A stretch of 64,000 bases of DNA from Macrostomum lignano (taxonomy: Eukaryota), in NCBI GenBank assembly GCA_002269645.1, contig NIVC01000455.1, positions 124,001 to 188,000 of the forward strand, in the 5' to 3' direction. The position numbers were made by a program, and so were the translations under genes. A model generated the notes under the pieces. The model saw nothing but the letters and a program-made list of their open reading frames with translations. It had not been told where the DNA came from and did no database searches. This document shows positions 23,701-36,400 of the stretch, in pieces (the first letter of the stretch is position 1; every line of letters starts with the position of its first letter).

Positions 23701-23924
23701 TGGTGCTGGCGCCTCTGGTGCTGGCGCCTCTGGTGCTGGCGCCTCTGGTGCTGGCGCCTCTCTCTTCTCTTTCTCTCAAATCGGCTCTTCCTTTTCCATT
23801 TTGCTCCCTTTCGGCATTATACCTCATAAGCAACAACAGACAGTTTAAAAAAAACACTTTCACAATATTTTGATCGTATTCCCTGTTTTGTTTTCAGTTC
23901 TTCGCCATCTGCCTGACAGTTTGA
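17798..23924 (+). CDS. CAPN: Classical calpain large subunit (CysPc, C2-like, penta-EF), ~705 aa; exons 17798-18013, 18157-18615, 20111-20635, 21250-21477, 21716-22228, 23112-23261, 23898-23924
   Basis: Catalytic triad QGELGDCW, GHAY and RNPWG; domain III motifs WMNPQF, IVPCTF and GEFLLRVYTE; EF hands DVDSSGKLSFAQF and DGDRNGSIDGAEL; six GT-AG phase-0 introns give one open frame. Confidence 0.95.
18951..19200 (-). mobile_element. tRNA-derived SINE with a CORE-like central domain, copy 1 (with head)
   Basis: Minus strand: A box TAGCATAGTGG, B box GGTTCAATCC, then cttcagttcacccaactgtaaaatgggta resembling the CORE motif; body shared with copy 2. Confidence 0.7.
19864..20047 (-). mobile_element. 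Same SINE family, 5'-truncated copy 2 (no tRNA head)
   Basis: Aligns with 18951-19140 (gcagctattgcgc, ggctgcgtacggctgttcagtccaa, aagcacaccctcaattac). Confidence 0.7.
20725..21055. repeat. Minisatellite, 29-bp unit (gcatccagagcctgtgagtatgtcctgaa), calpain intron 3
   Basis: Direct periodicity; each unit contains GTGAGT. Confidence 0.95.
21525..21645. repeat. Short ~32-bp repeat (gactgcagccccagcacccaccatgacacagg), ~4 copies, calpain intron 4
   Basis: Imperfect direct copies. Confidence 0.75.
22222..23000 (+). repeat. Minisatellite, 22-bp unit (gagtcaggtgagttcaggctga), ~35 copies, starting at the exon 5 donor of calpain
   Basis: Unit spans the exon/intron junction AGTCAG|GTGAG. Confidence 0.97.
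23325..23761. repeat. Near-perfect 15-bp repeat (ctggtgctggcgcct), ~28 copies, calpain intron 6
   Basis: Identical units across the body of the array. Confidence 0.98.
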
Positions 23925-23956
23925 ATCCGCGCAGGGCCACAAGATCTCCACAAGGC

Positions 23957-24115
23957 CAGTGTACATCTGGGGAGGAATTTTTTGTCGGCCCAGTGTACAT
24001 TTGGGGGAGGGGTTGTTAGTCAGTTTACATTAGGTGGAGGGGTTGTTAGTCAGTGTACATTTGGGGGAGGGGTTGTTAGTCAGTGTATATTAGGGGGAGG
24101 GGTTGTTGGTCAGCC
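23957..24115. repeat. 30-bp repeat (cagtgtacatttgggggaggggttgttagt), ~5 copies, just after the calpain stop
   Basis: Units start at 23991, 24021, 24051 and 24081. Confidence 0.85.
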
Positions 24116-25034
24116 AGCCAGTCTGGACTTATTTGTACTTTTTTGCAACAAAATGTCTGCAGTGTACTCGTAACTGTTTTTAATTTAAATATTTTTTGTG
24201 AGATTCAAAATTTTGTGAACATTTTTACTCTCTGTTAAGCCGCAGATTTGCCATCGCATCCATAATTAATAGTGAAATTCAGCTGAGCCACTGCAGCTTA
24301 AGCCAAATGCTTTGCCAAGTGTGTACTTGTTTATTCTTTTTCCTTTCAATAAAAGAAATAGGAATATTGAAAAATCAGGAAAGCCGTTAAGACTGCAGCA
24401 TGTAAATGATTGCGTTCCGCTTCTGTATTCATATTTATGCTTTATACCAAAATAGCTGTACACGAAATGAAGCAGCCAAGGATTTTGAGCGATTTTATAT
24501 AAAAACTATTTACTTTTCTCTTCAGCTGCTGTGATAGCTAACAGAAATCTTTTAAAAAAACTGTTGTTGTTTCTCATCTGTTTAATGGTGCCATTTTTTA
24601 CCTTTTTGAAGAAGCAGTTTTACGAGTACGGAGTATTGTTTCTGTTGCATGAATTTTTGCTGAGCCTATACTTTATAATTTTATGCTAATGAGATTTAAT
24701 TACAATCAGCAGTTGTCATGCCTGCAACCAAGCGATTCCCAAACTGTAAAATTTACAGTATTATTGTGAGGTCTCTGCAGCTACTTGAAATCCTGAATCT
24801 CAATGCTGCGCATTGAAAACGCTGAAGCGACTTCCGCATGTAATCTGCTTCTAAGAATTTTGCTTTGTTACTCCGCGTTGTTTAATTGTTCCCAAATTAA
24901 TTATTTTTCACGCTTGCTTATTAAAATAATTGAGTTTCGAAATACACCTGAGTAGGCTTGTGTGTTCTGCTAGCTTCTGTTTACTTTGAATAATTTATCA
25001 AGCTGCCGAACGACAGAAAATTTCTGAATTTTCT

Positions 25035-25378
25035 CTCTGCTCAGTCACTGAGTAGCCAGTATAACCCTCTGCTCAGTCACTGAGTAGCCAGTATAACCCT
25101 CTGCTCAGTCACTGAGTAGCCAGTATAACCCTCTGCTCAATCACTGAGTAGCCAGTATAACCCTCTGCTCAGTCACTGAGTAGCCAGTATAAACCTCTGC
25201 TCAGTCACTGAGTAGCCAGTATAACCCTCTGCTCAGTCACTGAGTAGCCAGTATAACCCTCTGCTCAGTCACTGAGTAGCCAGTATAACCCTCTGCTCAG
25301 TCACTGAGCAGCCAGTATTACCCTCTGCTCAATCACTGAGTAGCCAGCATTACCCTCTGCTCAATCACTGAGTAGCCC
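25035..25378. repeat. Minisatellite, 32-bp unit (ctctgctcagtcactgagtagccagtataacc), ~11 copies, with an internal palindrome
   Basis: Direct periodicity; ctcagt-c-actgag inverted repeat in each unit. Confidence 0.95.
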
Positions 25379-27714
25379 CAATTCTGGCCAACTGTGTTAG
25401 TCAAAATTATTCCATCCCAAAACTGCATACTATCCTGCTAGTTGCTATGCTCCCCCACTGCGTGTACTGTATCTCTTCATCGGTATAGCGTTTATGGCAA
25501 TGAAAATGGATTGGCACTCCTGTCTATGCCAGCAAAAATGTTGAACTTCATAATTTATTCAGGCTTCGCCTCGGCTTTAGCTTCCTATTTACCCGATGCG
25601 AGCAAAACGTCGTAGACATTATTGGTTGCGTTAGGCTTCTGCTGTTGCGGCCTCTTCTCAACCATAGATCTTATATTGTACCATGACCTTTGTGCCCGCT
25701 GGGCACTTATTCTTGCCTTTTAATGCCATAGACTACATTTAAGCCAGCTTGCAGGAAAGAAATATCGACAAATTGTCTATGTCAAACTTAATTTAATGCA
25801 AATTAGCGGGCAGTTAAGTATAAGATATTCTATGGGTTTGAGATCTGTATGTGATTAAATCCCGAGAGCCGAAGGCTTCGCCCCCACATTCTTACCATAG
25901 ACAAAATTTCATTAAGAAATTTCTCGAGTCACGAAGGAAGAGAAGAGAGAAGCTCGCTTATTTAGATACATACAATAATCCTTGCCATATGTCAGGGAAA
26001 GTGATCGATTCAATCCCGCAAAATAAAATCTATGTCAATAACCTCCCTGAAAGTGAGATTTAAAGTGGTTTAATGGGAAAATCAGAGGCTACTGAACTCA
26101 ACATTCAAGCAACCCATGTTGGCAATTCAAGCAACAGCAGTCGCACTTTGTATTGCAGCAATAAGGAAAGCGCGACTGCTGTTTTTTGTCACTTGGGCAA
26201 AAAAGCCAACATGGGTTGCTTGAATTTTGAGTTCAGTAGCTTAGGGACATGGGCGCTATTTTTGAGAATTTGAAGAACTTCTCACGAATTAAATAAAAAG
26301 CTACTCAGTCAAACAAAGATTGATACATGCACTGCAAAGACTACTGACGAAATTGAATTCAGTATTTTATTTTCGGGCTGTCGCGAGTTGCAAAAGTTTT
26401 TACACCTATGGCCACACAAGTGGTTGATGAGTGACCCATTTTGTGTATTTACGATTTTTGTTATCAACTGGCTTTGAGCTTGTCTGTGCATTCTTCTTTT
26501 TATCTCCAGCCAGATATGATAGTTCATGTGTACTTCCTGGTCTCTTTTTACAAGTAGAATGATTGTAGTGAAATATAGAGTAGTAGAATAGTAGAATAAC
26601 TCGCTAAAAATGAAGCCTGACAATGCAAAATGAGGCCTGAGAACTGAGTCAGAAGCGAGAAAGTGTATTTTTTAAATTGAGACAGAACTGAAATTGAACA
26701 TGAAAGAGAGAGTTTTAATGAACACGCTGAGAATCCGCTCAAAATTAATCTAAAATTTTATTATCTTTTCCTTTTCTAATCTCTGCTCTCTGATTCGATT
26801 TTAATCTTTCGATTAAAAGTACAAGTACGATCGGGTGTCTGTTCCTTTGGTGTCTATGGCACAAAGTCTTCGGCTTCATCTCGGCCGAACCTGTACACCA
26901 ATTCGACGTCGGCGACAACTATGACAAATAATTTGTACTTTTACATCACAATCGACGGATAATAACGTCATACTGAAAATTGTGTCTATTGGTTAATGTA
27001 TCTACTTTAACGATTCTCATCGCATTGGATAAGTGCCGTTGTAGCTCGTTTGCAGAGCTGCTGGCGATGAAGCCTTCGCTATCTCATCGGCCATATTGGA
27101 GAGGCTTTATTTTCTAGCCGTTACAGCTGCAGACGCACCCAACGGACTTCATTTTTCTCTTTTTGCAGCTCCATCGGGAGCATGTCGCCGAGTAATTCCC
27201 GGCATTCTTTCTCTGGTGAAGAGCTGACTATCGCACTAAACTAGCTGGGTTTGATACGAGTGTGCCAAAAGCTTGTGTACGCTCGCACGGATCCACGCAG
27301 GTACACTCGCACATGAAGAACACACAGCACAAGCAAGCCTCATGCAATGCGCATCCATGGTCCAAAATGGCTTCGCAACCCTTAATTGGTTCAATTAACC
27401 AATACGTTTATACACGACAATACACGACATACATGTATCGGTCATTTTGGAGTAGCTGAAGTTGCCAGGTGGCCGCCTGATACATTGAAATCTGCTCAAT
27501 GCTCAATGTAATAGGGTTAAATATTCGAAAAACAAGCTTTTTTGCAAAAGTCAATCAGACTTTTCGACTTGAAATGCAATTTTCAGAATGCTAGAGAAAA
27601 AACTGACGGGCTGAATTCTGATTTTTACAAAGATGCATCACATCAGGCTTTTTATTTATCGTCTGTGTACTGGATAAAATTTGACACTGACTTGAATTGC
27701 GAGTGTTGAAAAAC

Positions 27715-27925
27715 GGTCTACCCTGATTCGCCGAATTCATACTGCATCCAGTCCCTGACACTTGCTTGTGCTCAGCCCCTCTTTCTTCTGCCTTGCTTAC
27801 TTTATTTATTTACTCTTTTACTATTGTCTATATCCTTCACTTTGCTTCGATGCAGTACTAGATGTAGTATGCACTCGGCCAATCGGGATTCCGCCAATCG
27901 GGATTCGGCCAATCGGGGGTAGACC
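27715..27925. mobile_element. Mutator-like MITE (211 bp)
   Basis: TIRs beginning ggtctacc; TSD-like flanks ttgaaaaac / ttgaaaac; the right TIR has a triplicated ccaatcggg motif. Confidence 0.65.
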
Positions 27926-30900
27926 TTGAAAACACTCTGGAAGCATGACAAAAGACTTGATTGAGACTGCATTATTGAATTGTTAACTTTAATAGAGAGA
28001 GACTAGAGACTAATACATACATGTACTGACTGACTGAAAAATTTAATTACATCATAACTGGTTCGTGCGACTTACTCTAACCGACTTGATGCAAGTGTTG
28101 AATTATACTGTAAGTGCTACTATTCATGTAGCCAGACAGAACGGCTAATGCAGCGATTAAAAATGGCGAAAATGTTATGATGCAGCACCAGAAGACTCAA
28201 CATCCAGATCGCACGGCTGGCCTTCATTAGTCGTTAGCTGAGCCTTCTCGTAGCTGTCGTAAGAAATGGGCTGATATGGTTCGGCATCCACTCACGTCCG
28301 TAGTCCATCCAGAGCAAGCGGCGGCTCTCGACCTAAGTAGGTTGAGTTCCTTCTCTGGCGGATGGTTCGATCGTGAAAGGAACGCCTTTTTGAGCGTGCT
28401 TTTGAGGGAGCTCATTGATTCCCCTTGAGCATTGATATCTCGTTGACCCCCTTGAGATTTGGCTGCAACCTCGCTGCAACCGCAGTCGATCTTCTCTATC
28501 GGGCAAGCATTTATGTTGACGGTGTTGTTCAGCCTCTCTACTTATAACTTCTGCATACTTGTGCTTACGCTTAGTCATGGAGTTGCTTTGAAATGTAAAA
28601 GTCTGGACATACAGGTGAATTTTTACTAAGGAAAATTAAGAAACGGAATCATACAAAATATAAAGGAGCTCGAGATGTTTTCGTTGATGATTGCAGGAGC
28701 AAAGTTTATGATTTGGAAAATCACTGATTTTACTTTAACTTGACCTACACAATCAATTTTTCTGCCCCCCCTTCCAAGTTGTAACCTGCAGAGCTTGAGC
28801 GATTGCCGCTCTCCCGGATCCTCTGTTATTTAGCCACCCACTGAGATCCTTCAATTTGCTGGTCCACCCTCCCGGATCCTCAATTTCTGGGTCACGCAAC
28901 CATGCAGATTCAGAAGCCATCTCTTGATTTTCACCCACATTGAGAGTCATAACTCCGTCTCTAAAAATGTTGTCTTAGAAGAAGATTCAACTTTATAAGA
29001 TTATGAATTCTTAAAAAGTACATTGTATGATGTTTGGTCATATTTAATTTTTGGCTTGTTTTCTTGCTCTCTGTGTGCATCATAGATCTTTGGTGTGCAT
29101 TAAAAAACGATGGTTTGGCAACTTCAGCCATAGACAACTTTATTGAAATCGATTCCTTTCCAAGGACTACTCGAAAACTCAGGGCGCAGAACTAATTTTT
29201 ACCATAGAGAATGCTTTCAGGCGCGGGCCTTGAAAGAATTCCTACCAAGTTTAAGTTCTGCGTCCTGAGTTTTTCAGTTGTCCTTGCCCGCGGCTTGCAG
29301 TCAAAACTTGCTGATGGTAGAAAAAGAATTGTCTATGGCCCAAAGGCTAGTCTACGAGCGTACCAGTACAGGTCTTCGAGGCGCTGGCGCTTTGAGAGCA
29401 CAGATAATTTAAACAGAAGAGTGTGCAGAGCTGCAACTTTATAATTTTCTTATTATTTAGCACTTGCGCGTCCCATGTCAACCAACTTCTAAAAAGCGAG
29501 GTAAGCGAACGACTAATTTTGCAGTTGGCACTTTTGTTTAATGGATATATTGATAGAAGTCTGTCTAATTTAATAATTTTATTGCCCAGAATTAAACTGG
29601 ATAGAAACTTTCTGACTTTCTCGCAATGTTAGTGGATTATATAATGATATAAATATAACTAAACAGGAAATACAAAGGGTGTCCGGAAAAAATGTTACTT
29701 TTACTTGTTGCGGACATTGATGCTTTGGTGGCACTCACTGCCATTTGGTGGCTTTTACTCTCCATTGATCAAGTCGAGAATGCAATCAGGCAGCCGCTGT
29801 CACGGATCTCAGGGCGTCCGGACCTTGGCATGTCGCTCACGTCAGTTCTTCCACCTTTGAACTCATTTCACCCACTTTTTCACTGTCGCTGATGGAATGG
29901 TGGCCATGAGCAGTGCAGATTTGCCTGTAAATATCAGCTGCTTAGCATCCGGAGCTCCAAAAGGGTAAAGGTGGTATGTCGCTGCTCAGTCTGAATACAC
30001 GGATGAAATTTGAGCAACAGTGAAAATGTTTCGACACACAACTGTTGCAGCCGTAGTCTTTTGAAATAGCTTTTCACTGAGCCGCTTTTGATGAAACAAC
30101 TCATGTATAAAAAATATCGATCGCCACTGAGTAGAATGCAAATTTAGCAGATATTTGAGATTCTGTAAGTTTATGACCGACCTCCCTAGGGAGATACCCG
30201 ATCTCCTTAGGATACTGTGCGTTTTTTGTCTAATAGAGCAAAATAAATAAGTCAACGTGGTCAACTTAACAAATTGGAAGCGATGTTTCCAGCTGGGGTA
30301 TCGGGTGTTGATCGCAGCTAGCGCAGATAACGCAGATGATCGCAGATTTAACGTTGCTTGATTATTAAAAGAACACGCATTTTAGTCGAAATAAGACATA
30401 AATCTCCTAGTAAAATGTTAGCTTAATAGAACAGTCTATTTTTAGTTTTAAACATCCCTACATTTTTTGCCAGCTATTTTGCATCGATAGTTCAGCTTAA
30501 ATGAAAATTTTGTATTAAGACAGAGAGCGAAAGCTCTATTCTATCGATTTTCACTGAACCAGATTTGCATCGGCATCAGACAAGGCCAGCGTCGGACATG
30601 ACTTTTCACAAACACTGCACAGTAGAAAAACAAGTGGGGAAGGGGTGTTAAATCATGCAGTTAACTATAACAATAACAAAGCACCCTAGAGAAACATGAG
30701 GGACCCTAAATTGATAAGGCTCCTTCGATCGATCGATAAACTCACCTCTTGCCCCAAACCCAGAGACAATCTATGAGCTCTGCTGGCTCTCTTTCCCCCC
30801 AGCTCTCTTCTTATTGGCTGAGAGGCTTGAGGGCAGTTGAATGAATTTCAGTCAAAGTGGGAGGGGGTTGGTTTTTGGGGGATGGGCCGCAAAAGCCCGC

Positions 30901-33039
30901 CACAGTAAAGCGCGCCTACAGGAGCCGTCTTGTATTGGGCCTGATACTTACACACCTAGAGTAGGGGATAGGGAGTAAGTAGTAGGGACTATTTAGAAGG
31001 ATAGCTAAGATCTAAAGGCAGTTTTTTATTGAGATCTCGGACGATTTTTAAGGAAGTACTCGTACTAACACACTGTCTTTATTTGACTATCTTTATGCCG
31101 GAAGAAATTTCGAGAAATTTTTATAACCATGTCGTCTTTAGCTTTTAACTGTTAAAAATATGAGTCGAAGATGTGGACTAATTGCATTTCTATATTGTCA
31201 GTTTCGACGAAGATTTTCATTTGGTCAACTGGTTTGGTACTGCATGTAGTGTTACATGTAATCTAGAAAAGATGCATGCAATACTGCCATTTTTCAGCTT
31301 CTTAGTAAGTCCTAAAATAATTTAAAAACTTGAAACGAAACATTATAGAAAGTTTCGATCGAAGATGGATTAGTTCGAGTCGCTCTTGAACGCACCATGT
31401 TTCGCAGCCGTTTTGCCAGAGCACAAGGCGCACACTGAGAATTTTCGCTAGAAAATTTTGAGAAATCAGAAATCAGAGTCAGGTGTCTGAGTTGTCCACC
31501 TCCATCTTCACTGCATCGAGGCTGCTATCTATCTGGGTGGCTTTGCTTTTACCATTGTTGCCTGTCTCGCTTCGAAGAGCTCCTGAAAGTCACTCCAGAA
31601 CGTTATTCGTTAGGCCGTTTCATTGAGTAGCAATAGAAACAGGTCACTTATTCGAATATGTCCCCCATCCCCCATGTTGCTAGTAGCTGCACTCGACCTG
31701 GACCGTGGGGCGAATGCCTCCCCAGCGCCTGCGGCTAATCAACTAACCTAAACTAAACTAGCCTAAACTAAACTAGCCTAAACTAAACTAGCCTAACAAA
31801 AACCCAGACTAAACCAACAAAACTAATCAGACTTAACTACTCTGATATTTCCAACTCCATTTCCATGTCCAATACGTTTTCGATACGTGTTGGTCTTCTT
31901 ATCCAATTGGGTAACTTAGGAAACCAAATGCTGCTTTGGGGATTTGAGATTTCAGCTGTCTCTCTCTTAGAGCGTGCAACCAAATTCTTACGAGCGTATA
32001 TTATCTGTGGCTCTCTTTAGTCATCGCAGTTTAAAACATAACAATTACAGGATTGTGTTTCCATAGACAACATCAATCTATTGATAGCACTGCTAAAACA
32101 TAGAAGGCGTCATATGGCTACAATATGAAGGTCGCTCTTTGTTTGTGTTGCCTTGCTTACTGTCTGCAATGATTAAAAAAAGAATACAAATTGATAAAGA
32201 ATCACAAATACAACAAGTCCTTGTTTCCAGCACTGACCAGATTACTCATATATAGTCTAGCATTGTGGTTGTGGCCCATTTCGGCCGACTTCCCACTTAC
32301 TCGTAGTCGTACATGTAGTAGTAGTCATTCTAACAATTTTTCTTCATAAACAATACAGTAACAATCCATTATACTAAAAGTCCCCGGAATCTTTCAGCTG
32401 CTGTCGCTTTACGGGTCTAATTCCTTCTCAAGTATGATTGCCCCATTGTTAGGCAGAGGACAAGCTGTGAGCCTTGAGGTCAGTCTACACAGGCATGTTG
32501 CTCAACAACCCAGGCTGTTTCTTCTAAACCCAGGCTGTCGTGTCGTAGCAATAAGAAGGACTCTTTTCTATTTAAGAGAGCTCTTAGCTGAGCATAGAAT
32601 ACGAGACTGCAACTGATAGCCAAACCGACCTTTACATTAACTTGAAAACGACCGACGGCAACATGCCGCCTACATTACGAGTACAGCGCGATCAAACTTT
32701 AAGCTTTAGCATGTAGATAGAAAGATGCAACGTGCCGCGCGTGCACACTAAGTACATTGGTAATGAGTACACTAGATATTAAGTACGCAGATACGCAAGG
32801 CGAGTCAGAGATAGTTGATGAGTCTCGCCAAGCGGCGCCACAGTACATCCATGTAAATTATCCCGGAATCGAGTCGAGCCCAAGTTGCTTCAATTTTTTT
32901 GTTTCTAGCGGACACAGCTCGTTGGGACCTCAGCAACCCTGAGATGAGGTCGCTCCACGCAACTGCAAAACGATCTAACAGAGGAAGACGGATTGCTGCT
33001 GCGATCGAACAGAATCGTCGTCCCAAGCAGCCCCAGGCA

Positions 33040-33489
33040 CACAATGCTGCGACTCGCACACACAGGGCATCTGGGACTCCGAAAGACATTGGCCAGGCTG
33101 AACAGCAAGGTCTGGTGGCCAAAAATGAGCGCCGATGTCGATGCCTGAGCTGTGTCGAGTCGTCACACTCACCAACGGTAGGCGCGACGCCTTTGCAACC
33201 ATCCAAAATACCCTAGGGCGCCTGGCTGTCAATTGGCGCCGACCTGCTGGGCCCGATTCAGAACAAGATGCTGCTCCTCTGAGTGGATCACTAGCTCGTA
33301 CTCCTAGTACCCAGAGGTTCAAGTCCTGCGGTCTAAAACTGCGAACGCCATCGTCCCACGGCTGCGTGGGTCATTCGGCTGTTTCGGCATCCCGAAGGAG
33401 ATCGTTACAGATAATGGACCTCCGTTCTCGTCCCGACAGTTCAAGGACTTCCTCAGAAGCTTCGGAATCTGGCATCAGGCCATCAATCT
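33040..33489 (+). pseudogene. Old Ty3/Gypsy integrase, N-terminal half (target of a younger insertion)
   Basis: HTGHLGLRKTLARLNSKVWWPKM zinc-finger region and FGIPKEIVTDNGPPF core. Confidence 0.8.
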
Positions 33490-36400
33490 TATTGTATTCT
33501 CAACGAATGCAAATGCAAATGCTTATTTTATATCTATGGCTCAGCTATGCTCAAATATACAGATAAGTAAGTTGCAGCCCCAGAGGCTGATCATTTTTTT
33601 TCTCAGCACAAGAGCTAGCACACCAATAATACAACATTGGTGGCAGCGGTAAAAGCGCACTTGGCCCGAAAGTGCATCTCCGCTGCAGGGCAGAGGCGGC
33701 ACACCAAAGATGAGCCTACTACCTCAGCCATCTCCGTTCGACCCGGAAAAGGATCCATCGAACGTGGTGAAAAGATGGGAGGACTACCTGCAGGAAATCA
33801 CGCTGTGGTTGGACACCTGCGGAATAACAGACGACAAACGAAAGCGATCTGCATTTCTGCTCTGTGCCGGTGCGAAAATTCGAAAAATACTGGAGAACCT
33901 GGACAACACAGGATCTGACTTCAAAACGGCTCAGACCCGACTGAACGAGTACTTCAAGGACGGAACAAACGTGGTATACGAAACCTTCAACCTGCTGCAA
34001 ATCAAGCAAAAGGAAGGTGAGGCCATTGACTCTTTCCATGGCCGACTGCGGGAAGCAGCGAAATACTGCGATCTTGAGGTATCAACCACTGATGCAACAA
34101 CCAAACTGTCGTATGAATAATTCGCGATCTTGTCCTAAACTGCAACTCAAACAGCCTCAGACGGAAGCTCATCCAAGAAGGGTCAACTCTGACTCTGAAG
34201 AGAGCCATCGAGATTGGAAGGTGCTTCGAATCGACGAACAGCCAGAGCGGCGTCATTGAAAAGCACGTCTCCGACCCAAGCACCATAAATGCAGTTGGAC
34301 AGTCAAAAGGACTAAGAATATTCCCTAAATCGAAAAAAAACTGGAATCGGCAGCAAGCATTTTCCCAGAAGAAATTCCAGTGCTCGCGATGTCTGTAGCC
34401 GCTGTGGAAGAAGCTCACACACAGCAGAAAATTGCTATGCGCGCAAAGATACTTGCAAGAAGTGCAACAAGGTGGGACATCATGCCAAGGTGTGCAGAAC
34501 CAAACTACCTACCAAAAGTAAACTTCAAGTTTACGAAACGAAAGAATTAGGCGTGACTGAATCGTCAGACTTAGAGGAGATTCATACGATAGCAAGCGTC
34601 AACGCGAAGAAGAACGGTGCAACAAAGCAAGCTGTCTTCAACGGCAGAAAATGCGATGTACTAATTGACTCGGGCTCAATCTAAATCTAATATCCTACAA
34701 CACAGTTGCTGAAATGGTGAGTCCGGATCAGATCAACTCGAGATCACGTATCAAGATTTGGTCGTACGGGGCCAGGATCCCCATCGAAACCCAAGGCATA
34801 GTACATCTGGAAGTTACTCTCAACGAAAGTACACAGCAAATGAAGTTTCACATAACTCCAGTAAAGGGTGCACGCACTATCATTGGATTTGACGACGCCT
34901 TCAAGCACGGTTTCCTGACATGGGGCTCGGATAAAAGCTGCCTTCACATCGAGAACATTCAGCAGCCAACGCAAGTGATTCTGGAAGAGTTCAAGAATAT
35001 CTTCCGTGGAATAGGAAAGCTGAAAGACGGCAAAGTTAAGATTCACCTGAAGAAGAACGCTAATCCTATTGTTCATCCACCATCGCGTATACCAGCACAC
35101 CTTCACCAGAAACTGCGCGAAGAACTAGAAGGGCAGTTAAGAGAAGACATAATCGAGCCAGTCAAGGGAACTACTGAATGGGTGTCAAGATTAGTGGCTG
35201 TTCCGAAGGCTAACGGTAAATTGAGAGCCACGGTTGATCTCAGAGACCTAAACAAGGCTACTAGAAAGGAACACTACCCACTGCCCAGCATCGACGAACA
35301 CGTACTGATTAACGTTGGCGATGCTAAGTACTTCGCCTACTTGGATGCAACAAAATGTTTCATCAGCTAGAACTACACGAAGACTCCAGGATGCTCACGA
35401 CATTCTCAAAAGGCTTGAAAGACTGGCCACTTATGAGATACAAGAGACTAACAATGGGTTGGGTGAACTCATCGTTTGCACTGCAATCGAAAATGCAACG
35501 AGTTCTTGCTGGCATTTCAGGAGTTCTGAATATCCAGGATGACATCGGGATTTACGGTGGTACTTTGGAAGAGCACAATGACCGCTTGAGAAAAGTCCTG
35601 CAACGACTGAAAGAGAAAAACATAACCATCGGGAAGGATAAGCGCAAGTTATCAGTGGATTTAAATAACCTTCATGGGAATGCTACTGACTCGCAAGGGA
35701 TTGCGAATTGGTGACGCAAAGGTGCAAGCCATTCGGACTTTCAAAGATCCTACAAATCCCAGTGAGGTAAGGTCATTCATGGGCCTAGTGCAATTCGTCT
35801 CACGCTTCATCCTTAACTTGGCGACCATCGCAGAACCGATTCAGAAGTTAACGCAGGTCAACTGGAATTGGAGCACAACACAGAAGGAAGCCTTTGCAGA
35901 AATCATCAAACGAACTTCTACCTCAGAAACACTGGCCTACTTCGACACTTCAAAAATAATCGAACTGCGAGTCGACGCTTCACCGGTGGGTCTCTGGGCT
36001 TTCTAACCCAAACAGACAGTCGAGGCACCATCAGTCCGGTATGCACGCAAGCAGGACGCTAAGCGACGTCGAAAGAAGGTACAGCCAGACCGAGCGCGAG
36101 GCATTGGCAATAAAATGGGCGTGTGAAAGTTTCAGATCTATCTACTGGGCGCTCTAGAATTCACGGTTATTACTGATCACAAGCCACTGCTTGGTTGTTT
36201 TCGCCCAGGTTCCAAACCGCCTCCGAGAATCGAGAGATGGGCGATGCGCCTCCAGCACTTTAATTTCAAATTAAAGTACGAACCAGGAGAGGCGAACGAG
36301 GCAGACTATTTATCCAGACAACCAATGAATGTGGAGAACCCCAAAGCATCAAGTGTCAAGGCAGACGAACGTCTCATCCAGCAAATTTCTACAGAAGCTC

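Noticed and set aside
23270-23873. STRGA, LVLAP and WCWRL repeat proteins
   Set aside because: Intronic 15-bp array; the calpain frame completes normally by splicing across it
9267-23924. Bacterial origin or horizontal transfer suggested by high-GC ORFs
   Set aside because: All three genes have spliceosomal introns and metazoan-type domain architecture
25035-25378. CRISPR-like appearance (32-bp palindromic repeat)
   Set aside because: Units are contiguous with no unique spacers, no cas genes are present, and the context is eukaryotic. The same applies to all other arrays
26000-32900. Short ORFs in the AT-rich middle region
   Set aside because: No recognisable motifs or spliceable gene model; probably old repeat debris, but I cannot exclude missed exons without homology searches
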